A DNA stretch of 64,000 nt, taken from positions 1 to 64,000 of IMG/VR virus record IMGVR_UViG_3300042545_001484; one strand, given 5' to 3'. Source of the stretch: a virus. Of the stretch, positions 16,552 to 25,552 are shown piece after piece. A program made the translations under genes and the position numbers. A model generated the notes under the pieces. It worked only from the letters and a program-made list of their open reading frames with translations, made no database searches and had not been told where the DNA came from. How positions within the stretch are numbered: position 1 is the first letter of the stretch; every line of letters begins with the position of its first letter.

Positions 16552-18613
16552 AATTTTATTGTCTCCGTGGTTGGTACTGATCACATTTGCGCTACTGCTT
16601 GTAGTAAAGCTACAAGATCCATTTTTGGTTGAAGCGTCTCGCCTTAAATTTTATGACTACATCATGCTGGATACACCAAAGCAATCTGAGCAGATTGTAG
16701 TCGCTAATTTAGGGGAGAAATCAATTGAAAAATATGGTCAGTGGCCTTTCCCGAGGGAAGTCCATGCTAAAATCATTGGCGATATATACAGCAGAGGGGC
16801 TGGCGCTGTTGGCAGCACTATACTTATGCCTGAGCCTGACCGCTTGGGGACTGATAGAGTTCTTGCGAATGCTCTAAGCGAATATCCAGTTGTACTCAGT
16901 CAGACTGTTTCCGCTGACTGTATTGCTGGATCGACCACTGGCCGAGGTTCACCTCAGGCAAGTGCGACAATTCGGAAGACAGGCGTTGCCGTAATCGGCG
17001 ATGGAGAACCAACTGAATTTCTTCCTCAATATCCATGCGTTCTAAGTAATATTGCACCTCTGCAAGAAGCCGCTGTCGGTGTTGGGATAACATCAACATT
17101 ACCTGAGGCAGACGGGGTCGTACGGCGAGTTCCTCTTCTAGCACAATCATCTGGCGAATACTATCCCGCATTTGCTCTAGAGATGCTGCGTGTAGCTGCT
17201 GGAGATCCGTCATATCAAGCGAAGATAAATCAGACGGGAGTTGAGGCATTACGAATTCCTTCCTTCGAAACAATTAAAACTGATGAATATGGTCGAGTGT
17301 TCGTCAATCCGAACTATAAATTTGCGTCATTCGAAATTGGTGACAAGGCTTTGCCTGATCTGACAGGTAAAATTGTGATACTTGGCGTAACTGCCGCTGG
17401 TATCGCGAATCCTGTAGCGACTCCACAAGGTGCGCAGTATCCCCATCAGTTGCAAGCGTCAATTCTTCAGACTCTGATAAATGGTGATTCGGTTGCGATT
17501 CCTCTGTGGGGGCAACTTGCTGATCTTGGTGCATTTGTTTTTGTTTGCCTGTCATTGATTGTTGTTTCTCGTTTCCGCTATTCAATTATATATATCGCCG
17601 TGATCATGGGCGGATATCTGTATCTACCATTCTATTTATTTACCAAAGAACACATCCTTTTTGATGTGTCGTTCAATATTGCTGCTGCACTGTTTGTATA
17701 TATACATCTATATACTGCCAAGTTTATCAGCGAATTCCTACAAAAGCAACAGATTAAGAAACAGTTTGGCACGTATCTGTCGCCAGACTTGGTTGCTCAG
17801 CTGCAGAAACAGCCAGAGTTACTCAAGCTAGGTGGAACAAAACAACAGTTGTCGATTATGTTTACTGATGTTCGTGGCTTCACTACTATTTCCGAACACT
17901 ATGGCGAAGACGTTGAAGGTCTTACTTCCATAATGAATAGATATATGACTGTGATGACAAGAGCTATTCTGGAAAACAAAGGAACACTTGATAAGTATAT
18001 TGGTGACGCACAGATGGCTTTCTGGAATGCACCAGTAGATAACCCTCAACATGCTTTGGATTCGGTGCGCACTGCTTTCCAGATGCTAAAAGACCTGGAG
18101 ATATTTAATGGCGAAATTAAAGGGGAAGGCATTCCAGCTTTCGGTATGGGTCTTGGTATTAACACTGCCACTGTGGTTGTTGGTAATATGGGCAGCGACC
18201 AGCGTTTTGATTACACTTGCTTGGGTGATGGGGTTAATTTGGCTGCTCGCCTCGAAGGTCAAACCAAACCTTATGGGGTCAAACTCATCGTCGGACCACA
18301 AACTGCCGAACTGGTTAGGGATGTATACCAAGTAATTGAACTTGATTTGATTGCTGTTAAAGGCAAAACTGAACCAGCTCGAATCTATACAGTTCTTGAA
18401 GAAAAGAACGAAAAGGCTGAAATTGCTCACAACAGATTCCTGGATGCATATCGCTCAGGTGATTGGGGCAGAGCCATGGCCATGGCATATGAAATGGGTC
18501 CATTGTGGAATGGAGAACTCAAAGGCTACTACGAAGCCATGCTCGATCGTATGAACGAAGCCAAAGCTGCTCCTAAAAATTGGGATGGTGTTTATCGCGC
18601 AACCTCAAAATAA
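16532..18613 (+). CDS. CHASE2 sensor, transmembrane region, class III adenylate/guanylate cyclase
   Basis: N-terminal TM then CHASE2 pattern (KYGQWPFPREVHAKII). 4-5 TM helices mid-protein. Cyclase motifs FTDVRGFTTISE, YIGDAQMAFW, GLGINTATVVVGNMGS, GDGVNLAARLEG. Confidence 0.8.
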   Translation: MSNKAIKILLSPWLVLITFALLLVVKLQDPFLVEASRLKFYDYIMLDTPKQSEQIVVANLGEKSIEKYGQWPFPREVHAKIIGDIYSRGAGAVGSTILMPEPDRLGTDRVLANALSEYPVVLSQTVSADCIAGSTTGRGSPQASATIRKTGVAVIGDGEPTEFLPQYPCVLSNIAPLQEAAVGVGITSTLPEADGVVRRVPLLAQSSGEYYPAFALEMLRVAAGDPSYQAKINQTGVEALRIPSFETIKTDEYGRVFVNPNYKFASFEIGDKALPDLTGKIVILGVTAAGIANPVATPQGAQYPHQLQASILQTLINGDSVAIPLWGQLADLGAFVFVCLSLIVVSRFRYSIIYIAVIMGGYLYLPFYLFTKEHILFDVSFNIAAALFVYIHLYTAKFISEFLQKQQIKKQFGTYLSPDLVAQLQKQPELLKLGGTKQQLSIMFTDVRGFTTISEHYGEDVEGLTSIMNRYMTVMTRAILENKGTLDKYIGDAQMAFWNAPVDNPQHALDSVRTAFQMLKDLEIFNGEIKGEGIPAFGMGLGINTATVVVGNMGSDQRFDYTCLGDGVNLAARLEGQTKPYGVKLIVGPQTAELVRDVYQVIELDLIAVKGKTEPARIYTVLEEKNEKAEIAHNRFLDAYRSGDWGRAMAMAYEMGPLWNGELKGYYEAMLDRMNEAKAAPKNWDGVYRATSK

Positions 18614-18616
18614 TCC

Positions 18617-18655
18617 TTGCTTTATTTTAAAAAATGGGGTATAGTGAATTATTGA
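18617..18655 (+). promoter_or_regulatory. conserved promoter cassette (TTGCTT, 17 bp, TATAGT)
   Basis: Immediately after the cyclase stop; precedes gene 18668. Confidence 0.6.
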
Positions 18656-18667
18656 TTGAGAGGTTAT

Positions 18668-18898
18668 ATGATGCAAGTTTCTGGAGTAAGTCCTTATCGA
18701 ACTCCTGTTGCTCTTCCTGGAATAAATTTCAGCGAAGAACACCATCTGGTCGGTTTCACTTGGCCCTATATAAATTCAAAAGGTAAACAATACAACACAA
18801 CCATGGTTGCAACTGGTTGGGTGTGTGATTGTATGGGATTCAACTTCCACGGTAAATGTAAGCATATTACCTTGGTTCATCAAAAGGTTTCGTCATGA
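18668..18898 (+). CDS. small SWIM-type zinc-finger protein
   Basis: CxCx9CxH (WVCDCMGFNFHGKCKHI). Confidence 0.45.
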   Translation: MMQVSGVSPYRTPVALPGINFSEEHHLVGFTWPYINSKGKQYNTTMVATGWVCDCMGFNFHGKCKHITLVHQKVSS

Positions 18899-19308
18899 TT
18901 ATTCAGAATGCTGTAACGTGTCTAGGCTGCGGAGACTTCATCGTCTCTAAGCACCGTCACGATTTTGTAACTTGCACCTGTGGCTCTATCTCGGTGGATG
19001 GTGGGCAAGCATACCTTCGTCGGGTCGGTGACTTTGCAAACGCTGTCGATCATTCGTGGGAACTTCCTGATGAATTGTATCGTCAATGTGCTGATGCGGT
19101 AGAAGAAGCTATTGAAACCAATCGTAATAAGTTTGGTATTGCCAATGCTGTATTGCGTAGGCTTCGATCAGCTGCTCGTATTGTAGCAGAAGGTGAACAG
19201 CGTGTTATAGCATGTAATACTGAGCTTGATGAGATCATGATCGAAGAGGCTGATGGAACTTACAATCGTTACAAGAAGGTAGTAGACAATGAAACATCCA
19301 GATCCTAA
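18895..19308 (+). CDS. hypothetical zinc-ribbon protein (137 aa)
   Basis: CLGCGD...CTCGS Cys pairs; start overlaps the previous stop. Confidence 0.5.
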   Translation: MIIQNAVTCLGCGDFIVSKHRHDFVTCTCGSISVDGGQAYLRRVGDFANAVDHSWELPDELYRQCADAVEEAIETNRNKFGIANAVLRRLRSAARIVAEGEQRVIACNTELDEIMIEEADGTYNRYKKVVDNETSRS

Positions 19309-19465
19309 GAAACACCAGTTAATCTCTTTTGTAAAGAGTGGTATAAGAATTGCTGCGAGCTGCGTTGCTTGCTTGATGATGAGCAATCCATCTGTTGCCG
19401 TATTCATTCTTGGATTGGGTTACGGTCTCGCAGAGATCGTTGGTGTGTATGAGGAGTTAGTATAA
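19289..19465 (+). CDS. small membrane protein (58 aa), below the ORF-track cutoff
   Basis: Own translation MKHPDPKKHQLISFVKSGIRIAASCVACLMMSNPSVAVFILGLGYGLAEIVGVYEELV; overlaps neighbouring stops and starts. Confidence 0.35.
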   Translation: MKHPDPKKHQLISFVKSGIRIAASCVACLMMSNPSVAVFILGLGYGLAEIVGVYEELV

Positions 19466-19553
19466 TGACTGAATGGTATATCCTCGGTTGGACCTTTGTC
19501 GCTATGCTAGTAGTACTACTAGCGATTTTTATTGTATTGGATAGGAAAGTATA

Positions 19554-19757
19554 ATGGTTAGTATAGAATTACAGTACGAACAGGTCGATAGGATCGTTTG
19601 GAAACAACTTGAAGAAACTCGCGATAGTCTTACCAAAGACCTTGGCGCAAACAGTAATGTATTTGTCTGGGGCGACCCAGAAGCAGATGACATCGAAATT
19701 CAGAAGCACATTGATGCTCTGAACCTTATAATTGAATGGTATAGGATCCCTGAATAA
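19554..19757 (+). CDS. hypothetical protein (67 aa)
   Basis: Compact operon spacing. Confidence 0.45.
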   Translation: MVSIELQYEQVDRIVWKQLEETRDSLTKDLGANSNVFVWGDPEADDIEIQKHIDALNLIIEWYRIPE

Positions 19758-20038
19758 TGGCTGTTAAAGAAAATGATATTGTAACAATGAAGCTGGTCTC
19801 TGGTGACGAGGTAGTTGCCAAGCTGGTTGAAGTCTGGGAAGGTCGGGCATATGTTGTTACCAAACCACATGGTGTGATGCTCGATAAGGGAGGATTCGGG
19901 TTGATTCCTTGGGTTCTCACAGCAGATCCGAATGCTCAGTTTGAGATTGCTCAGACTGCGGTCGCAGCAATTACCAAGACCTTTGATGCAGTTAAGGCTG
20001 AATACATCAAGCAAACCACAGGACTGATTGTTCGGTGA
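19757..20038 (+). CDS. hypothetical protein (93 aa)
   Basis: ATG overlaps the upstream stop. Confidence 0.5.
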   Translation: MAVKENDIVTMKLVSGDEVVAKLVEVWEGRAYVVTKPHGVMLDKGGFGLIPWVLTADPNAQFEIAQTAVAAITKTFDAVKAEYIKQTTGLIVR

Positions 20039-20155
20039 CCAAAAATGAAAGATTCGAGATTTTGATCAAGGCTCTTGAGAAAATCAAAGAATTTGGTCAT
20101 TCGCATGGACATGGGCGTGGATACACCTGCGCCAATATTGCAGAGAAAGCTCTAA

Positions 20156-20392
20156 ATGAATCTAGAATTAGAAGCATATGAAGGCGAACTAGCGATGCTT
20201 CGGCATTGCTACAAGCTAGTGAAACATACTGGTCTAGCAGAAAAAATGGGTGGAATTTACTTCATCTGTGGTGAAGGTGGCGAGAAGGATCAAAACAACC
20301 TTCCCGAACGAATCCATATCTGCCCTGCATATGGTGTCGACTGGTTTCAAATTTATGAAAAGACGGAGAAATCTAGTGGACCTGAATGGTGA
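20156..20392 (+). CDS. hypothetical protein (78 aa)
   Basis: ORF in a same-strand run. Confidence 0.45.
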   Translation: MNLELEAYEGELAMLRHCYKLVKHTGLAEKMGGIYFICGEGGEKDQNNLPERIHICPAYGVDWFQIYEKTEKSSGPEW

Positions 20393-20399
20393 ATTTAAA

Positions 20400-20588
20400 A
20401 TGGAAAACATGAGAATCAATTTGGAGCCAGAATATTCTGACTGGTCTTGCTGGTTAATGGGTGATTATGGCAAGAGTCAATATGGCGCTGTCGTATACCG
20501 AGCTCGAAAAGGAATGGAACCTAACTGGTTTCATCGTAAAATGCAAGAACTTTGTTTTGGGTTTCAATGGCGCAAAACTACTAAATAA
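20400..20588 (+). CDS. hypothetical protein (63 aa; internal ATG of track ORF 20250..20588 chosen to avoid overlap)
   Basis: MENMRINLEPEYSDWSCWLMGDYGKSQ... Confidence 0.35.
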   Translation: MENMRINLEPEYSDWSCWLMGDYGKSQYGAVVYRARKGMEPNWFHRKMQELCFGFQWRKTTK

Positions 20589-20605
20589 AAGATGATGGAG
20601 GACTA

Positions 20606-20920
20606 ATGCCGCTCTACGAATTTTACAATACAGAAACTGAAGAACAGTGGACCAATCTCATGTCCTATGATGACATGAAGAAATTTCTTGCCGACAATCC
20701 TCACATTAATCCCGTATTTTCAATAAACGTCATTGGCGGAACAGGCGACCGAGTTAAGGTCGAGTCTGGCATGAACGACATGCTCGGACGGATTGCTCGC
20801 GCAAATCCTGGATCACCTCTGGCTGATAAGTACGGCGACAAGGGTATCAAAGCAAGCAAAACACGCGATGCTGTCAAGGCAGCACAAAAGCGTCACGGAA
20901 TAAACACTACTACAATGTAA
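20606..20920 (+). CDS. hypothetical protein (104 aa)
   Basis: RBS GGAGGA. Confidence 0.5.
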   Translation: MPLYEFYNTETEEQWTNLMSYDDMKKFLADNPHINPVFSINVIGGTGDRVKVESGMNDMLGRIARANPGSPLADKYGDKGIKASKTRDAVKAAQKRHGINTTTM

Positions 20921-20948
20921 AGAGATTTTAGCATTTTGTTATGGGTAT

Positions 20949-21770
20949 TTGATCGTATCAACCGTTCCTAACATGGAGCTTATCCCTATGTCTCAAACTG
21001 CTTTTGATATTACAGAAGAAAACAATTATAGACCGACTCGTAAAGAGAGAAAGATGTCTAGAAAATCTCAAAGAGGTAAACCTAATAACGTTGTCCAATT
21101 ACATCAACCGAATCCTCTTCAGCTAGAAAACATTAAACCGAAAACTGAAAATCAACGAAAGACATTTAGAGAATACTCGACAGGTAAAAATCTATTGCTT
21201 CATGGAGTCCCAGGAAGCGGAAAGACCTTTATCAGCCTTTACCTTGCTCTAGATGAATTGGCCAACAATAATTCAAAACTTCAAAAAGTTGTAATCATCC
21301 GAAGCGCACAATCTTCCAAAGGCATCGGTTTCTTACCAGGAACTGCAAAACAAAAGATGGAAGTCTATGAAACACCCTACTCCTCGATCTGTTCTAAGTT
21401 GTTTGATCGAGGCGACGCATACCAAGTTCTAAAGAATAAGGGAATTGTTGAATTTGAATCAACATCGTTCCTTCGCGGTACCACGATTGATGATGCAATC
21501 ATTATCATCGATGAAGCGCAAAACCTTTCCTACCAAGAATTAAAAACTGTATTGACTCGTGTCGGAGATAACTCTAAGATCGTTATCTGCGGAGATGTCA
21601 ATCAGGACGATCTAACCAGCTCCAGATACAGCGAAGAATCTGGTCTTAAATCAATCATGAAAATTATGGATAGAATTCCATCGGTTTCCAAGATTGAGTT
21701 TGAGATCCAGGATATCGTTCGTTCTGGATTCGTCAAAGAATTTATCATCGCAGAGTTAAATATCGCTTGA
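20949..21770 (+). CDS. phoH: PhoH-like ATPase
   Basis: Walker A (LLHGVPGSGKTF) and Walker B (IIIDEAQN); common T4-like auxiliary gene. Confidence 0.85.
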   Translation: MIVSTVPNMELIPMSQTAFDITEENNYRPTRKERKMSRKSQRGKPNNVVQLHQPNPLQLENIKPKTENQRKTFREYSTGKNLLLHGVPGSGKTFISLYLALDELANNNSKLQKVVIIRSAQSSKGIGFLPGTAKQKMEVYETPYSSICSKLFDRGDAYQVLKNKGIVEFESTSFLRGTTIDDAIIIIDEAQNLSYQELKTVLTRVGDNSKIVICGDVNQDDLTSSRYSEESGLKSIMKIMDRIPSVSKIEFEIQDIVRSGFVKEFIIAELNIA

Positions 21771-21800
21771 CTTTTTTCTCTAACTAGGTTATAGTAACAT
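21767..21800 (+). promoter_or_regulatory. conserved promoter cassette variant (TTGACT, 17 bp, TATAGT)
   Basis: Between phoH and gene 21805. Confidence 0.55.
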
Positions 21801-21804
21801 TGTT

Positions 21805-22470
21805 ATGTTTGAATTGAATCTTATAGACTTTACTGAACTTGAATCTGAAACACGTGAAGACGGAAGGTTCTACACTACTCCTGAGGGAATTGTGTATCCT
21901 TCCGTCACCACTGTTCTAGGTGCAACAAAAGACCAATCTCATCTCCAGAAATGGAAAGAAAGATTAGGCGAAGAGGCTGCTGCTCGAGAGAGCAAGAGAA
22001 CAGCTGATCGAGGAACTGCTCTCCACCTATTGTGCGAGAAGCTAGTCCTTAACCAACCCTATGATCTTCGAAAAGAAATGCCTGTTCCTGTGCAGTTGTT
22101 CAGTCAGCTGCGACCAGTCATACAGGAAAATGTCAACAATATCAGAGGTGTTGAATCTCCTCTATATTCAAACTTCCTTGGTATCGCAGGTCGAGTCGAT
22201 CTCGTTGCTGATTGGCAAGGAAAGACCTCAATCATTGACTATAAGTCCAGTAACAAGGTCAAGAAGCGTGAATGGATTGAGGACTACTTTCTGCAGACAT
22301 CTATATATGCAGTGATGTTCGAGGAACTTACAGGAATTCCTGTTCCTCAGCTGGTCATTCTGATCGGCACCGAAGAGTCAACCAAACCTTCTGTCTTTGT
22401 CGAAAAGCGAAACGATTGGATCTACAAAGCCATGGATCGCATCAATCTCTATAAAAAGTCCTTGCTTTAA
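21805..22470 (+). CDS. PD-(D/E)xK family nuclease (exonuclease-like)
   Basis: GRVDLVADW...IIDYKS gives the D-x-(D/E)-x-K motif; 221 aa. Confidence 0.55.
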   Translation: MFELNLIDFTELESETREDGRFYTTPEGIVYPSVTTVLGATKDQSHLQKWKERLGEEAAARESKRTADRGTALHLLCEKLVLNQPYDLRKEMPVPVQLFSQLRPVIQENVNNIRGVESPLYSNFLGIAGRVDLVADWQGKTSIIDYKSSNKVKKREWIEDYFLQTSIYAVMFEELTGIPVPQLVILIGTEESTKPSVFVEKRNDWIYKAMDRINLYKKSLL

Positions 22471-22500
22471 TTTCCGAAATAGGTTAGAGTGAATAATAGG
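22462..22500 (+). promoter_or_regulatory. conserved promoter cassette
   Basis: TTGCTT, 17 bp, TAGAGT, GAATAATAGGA. Confidence 0.6.
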
Positions 22501-22508
22501 AGATTGAT

Positions 22509-22688
22509 ATGACTAACTTTATGGTTGACTTTTATGAGAACAAGAATGGCATCAGCAATCGGCGGATGCTTCAAGGTTCTCCCACAATCCACCTCAACAA
22601 CGCGAAGTCAGATTTTGCTGTTCAGGCATATCTGAAGCGCACTTACCCCAACTCCGAAATTATTATTAACAATGTAGAATGGAAATGA
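22509..22688 (+). CDS. small hypothetical protein (59 aa)
   Basis: Follows promoter and RBS; MTNFMVDFYENKNG... Confidence 0.4.
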   Translation: MTNFMVDFYENKNGISNRRMLQGSPTIHLNNAKSDFAVQAYLKRTYPNSEIIINNVEWK

Positions 22689-22690
22689 TT

Positions 22691-23206
22691 ATGGAAAATA
22701 TTTATGTGATTTACGGCAAAGATGATTGCCCTTTCTGTGAACAGGCTAAGGCACTTCTGACCTCCAAAGGTATGAAGTTTGACTATCTTACACTGAACGT
22801 AGATTATGACCGTGAAGATTTGTTTGCTATGGCCCCAGAAGCTCGGTCTGTTCCACAGATTTGGCTGATCCAAGATACTAACAAACTCAAAGAAAATTGG
22901 ACTCACATTGGTGGTTTCCAGGAACTGAAGGCATCGTTCGAGAAGAGTGAAATTGAACAGGCTCTCGATGAAGGTGCAACTCTCAGTGTTGTGTTCACCA
23001 AGGCTGATGGCACCGAGCGCACCATGCTCTGCACCAAGAACTCTCAGGTTATCTCTGAGCAATACACTGCTCCTGAAAAGAAAACTGAACGGACTCGTAA
23101 GGATACCGATGGTCTGGTTGTTGTCTTCGATCTAGAGAAGAACGAATGGCGCAGCTTCCGTCTCAATTCGGTGAAGAGCTATATGGTCTTTGAGGATGTA
23201 GAATAA
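22691..23206 (+). CDS. glutaredoxin-like protein with a C-terminal extension (NrdC-like role plausible)
   Basis: CPFC active site in a glutaredoxin-fold N-terminal 80 aa, plus about 90 extra residues. Confidence 0.6.
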   Translation: MENIYVIYGKDDCPFCEQAKALLTSKGMKFDYLTLNVDYDREDLFAMAPEARSVPQIWLIQDTNKLKENWTHIGGFQELKASFEKSEIEQALDEGATLSVVFTKADGTERTMLCTKNSQVISEQYTAPEKKTERTRKDTDGLVVVFDLEKNEWRSFRLNSVKSYMVFEDVE

Positions 23207-23353
23207 TGCAGCCGCTTACTCGTTGGGAATATATCCGAGCAGTTGTAGCAAAGTGGATTGTAGTCAACGTCGCCAGTCGCATCAGTGCGCTGGCGGTGTT
23301 GGCACTCTGCTTAGAAATTTCAGAAAAATATATGGAACAGATTGAGGCAATCG

Positions 23354-23563
23354 ATGAGTAAGTTTATTTGGGTAAGAGATCGCGACAAGTTTGAACACTA
23401 TATTAATGTAAATCATATCATCGATGTGAAAAAGATTCCGGCACATGGCGTTTATAGCGCCGCCGCATATATCATATTAGCAAAAGAAGGCGAAATTCCC
23501 TTATCTCTGGATCAGTTCGATACATATGAGGATGTGATCACCAAAATTCAGGCTGCAGCATGA
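23354..23563 (+). CDS. hypothetical protein (about 70 aa)
   Basis: Short ORF whose stop overlaps the start of the epimerase gene. Confidence 0.4.
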   Translation: MSKFIWVRDRDKFEHYINVNHIIDVKKIPAHGVYSAAAYIILAKEGEIPLSLDQFDTYEDVITKIQAAA

Positions 23564-24555
23564 AGAAGGCGATTGTTACTGGAGCATCAGGGTTCATCGG
23601 GCGTGTTCTCCAGCTAAAGCTGAAAGAAGCTGGTTATTATGTCATTGGCGTAGACGTAAAGTGTGACAATTACGACTGGAACACTGATGAGTTTTTTATT
23701 GATAATTATGCAACAATTGCCTCTGACGGCGATCTGGATGGCGTTGATGCAATCTTCCATCTTGGCGCTAACAGTTTGCTTGGGCCATCGGTATCCAAAC
23801 CACTATACTACTATGATAATAACGTTAGTAGTATGTGCGATATGCTGTCCAATTTAGCTAGAGAAAACTGGAAGGGTGCATTTATCTTTGCATCCTCTGC
23901 TGCAACATATGGTGATATGCGCAGCCCTGATCCTTTGCCTGAAGTTGTGGCTGGAAGTCCAATCAATCCCTATGGCTCAACCAAGTGGGTTGGTGAGATG
24001 ATGTTGAAAGAATCATGCGAAGCGTATGGCCTCAAGGCATACTCAATGCGCTTCTTCAATGTTGCTGGTGCATACAAAGGTATCGGCCAAGCTGCTAATC
24101 AACCACATATCCTTACCAAAATGTCAAAGGCATCTTTGACTGATGACACATTCTACATCAACGGTAATGAATACGACACCTTTGATGGAACATGCGTAAG
24201 AGATTATATCCACGTAGCTGATGTGTGTGATGCTCTGGTTGCTGCAGCAGAACAACTATATAATAAGCCTGAACGTGAATACGACACCTTCAATGTTTGC
24301 AGTGGCAAACCTGTGTCGAATCTGCAACTTGCTCTTACATTCGCAAAACTATATCCTCTGGAATATGATATTGCGGAAGTTCGTCCAGGCGATCCTGGAT
24401 TCCTGATTGGCGATCCATATAAATTGTCGTTGATGTGGCCAGAAGGTCCAAAGTATGATCTCGCCGACATCATCACTTCACACTTTGAATCTATTAGTAG
24501 CCAGATGCTTGTTGGGCAACCATGGCTCCGAACTTACGATGGGAAATTACAATGA
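23560..24555 (+). CDS. hldD: NAD-dependent sugar-nucleotide epimerase, HldD-like (ADP-L-glycero-D-manno-heptose 6-epimerase)
   Basis: GASGFIGRV Rossmann motif. Collinear with HldD: VDAIFHLGANS, FIFASSAATYGD, NPYGSTK (YxxxK), YSMRFFNVAG. Confidence 0.65.
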   Translation: MKKAIVTGASGFIGRVLQLKLKEAGYYVIGVDVKCDNYDWNTDEFFIDNYATIASDGDLDGVDAIFHLGANSLLGPSVSKPLYYYDNNVSSMCDMLSNLARENWKGAFIFASSAATYGDMRSPDPLPEVVAGSPINPYGSTKWVGEMMLKESCEAYGLKAYSMRFFNVAGAYKGIGQAANQPHILTKMSKASLTDDTFYINGNEYDTFDGTCVRDYIHVADVCDALVAAAEQLYNKPEREYDTFNVCSGKPVSNLQLALTFAKLYPLEYDIAEVRPGDPGFLIGDPYKLSLMWPEGPKYDLADIITSHFESISSQMLVGQPWLRTYDGKLQ

Positions 24556-25550
24556 GTAGTATTTGGGAACGTAATGAATTGAACGCAAAGTCTCAAGGTG
24601 GGACAGAGCGAATGATGGAAGGTGTTCTGGCTCGATTGAAGCCAGAGTACCACGAAAAGTTTCAGATTATCCCCTCGCGTGTGCGCGAGCTGCATGATGA
24701 TCGCATCCGTATCTATTGGTTGCACGATTTGCCTTGGGATCCCGAGACCAAGCATTTGACCGCCGAGAACAGTCGCAACCGTTTCCACAAGATTGTCTAC
24801 TGTGGCCAGTGGCAGATGAACATGTACCAAAATCATTTGGGAATTCCGCACACTCAGCAAAGCTGTGTCATTGATACTGCGACAACTCCTTTTGGCCCAA
24901 TCAACAAGAGTGATCCGAAAGAAGAAATTCGTTTGGTTTACACCAGCACTCCTCAACGTGGTCTGAACATTCTTGTTCCTGTGTTCGAGAAGCTATGCGA
25001 AAAGTATGACAATATCGTGCTTGACGTTTTCTCAAGCTATAAGATCTACGGTTGGGAAAATGCTGATCAACAGTTCGAGGATCTGTTTGACAAGTGTCGT
25101 AATCATCCTAAGATTAACTACCATGGCTTTGCTCCGAACGAAACAGTTCGTGAGACTGTCGCAAAGGCACATATCTTTGCCTATCCTTCGATCTGGCCAG
25201 AATGCAACAGCCAGTCGTTGATCGAGGCAATGTCATCTGGTGCTGTCTGTGTTCACCCGAACTATGCTGGTCTTACCGATACCTCGGGTAGCATTACCAT
25301 TCAGTACCATTGGGATCAGGATGTCAATGTTCATGCGAATATGTTCTATGCTGTTCTGGATGACACAATCCAAAAGATGCGCGACAATGATATGATGCCG
25401 TATCTACAGTTCCAAAAGACTTATGCCGACTATCGCTACAACTGGGATAAGATTGGTAGTCAATGGAATGCGCTCTGCGAATCGTTGTTGAATGAATACG
25501 AAGGTAAGGATCTGTCTGTTCCTGCTCCCAAGTTTATCTACAAGTCGTAA
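24552..25550 (+). CDS. glycosyltransferase (GT-B, family 1/4-like)
   Basis: C-terminal ESQSLIEAMSSGAVCV...GLTD motif typical of GT4. Start overlaps the epimerase stop. Confidence 0.55.
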   Translation: MSSIWERNELNAKSQGGTERMMEGVLARLKPEYHEKFQIIPSRVRELHDDRIRIYWLHDLPWDPETKHLTAENSRNRFHKIVYCGQWQMNMYQNHLGIPHTQQSCVIDTATTPFGPINKSDPKEEIRLVYTSTPQRGLNILVPVFEKLCEKYDNIVLDVFSSYKIYGWENADQQFEDLFDKCRNHPKINYHGFAPNETVRETVAKAHIFAYPSIWPECNSQSLIEAMSSGAVCVHPNYAGLTDTSGSITIQYHWDQDVNVHANMFYAVLDDTIQKMRDNDMMPYLQFQKTYADYRYNWDKIGSQWNALCESLLNEYEGKDLSVPAPKFIYKS

Positions 25551-25552
25551 TT

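Noticed and set aside
18108-18554. Short plus-strand ORFs 18108..18335 and 18351..18554
   Set aside because: Alternative frames inside the well-supported cyclase gene.
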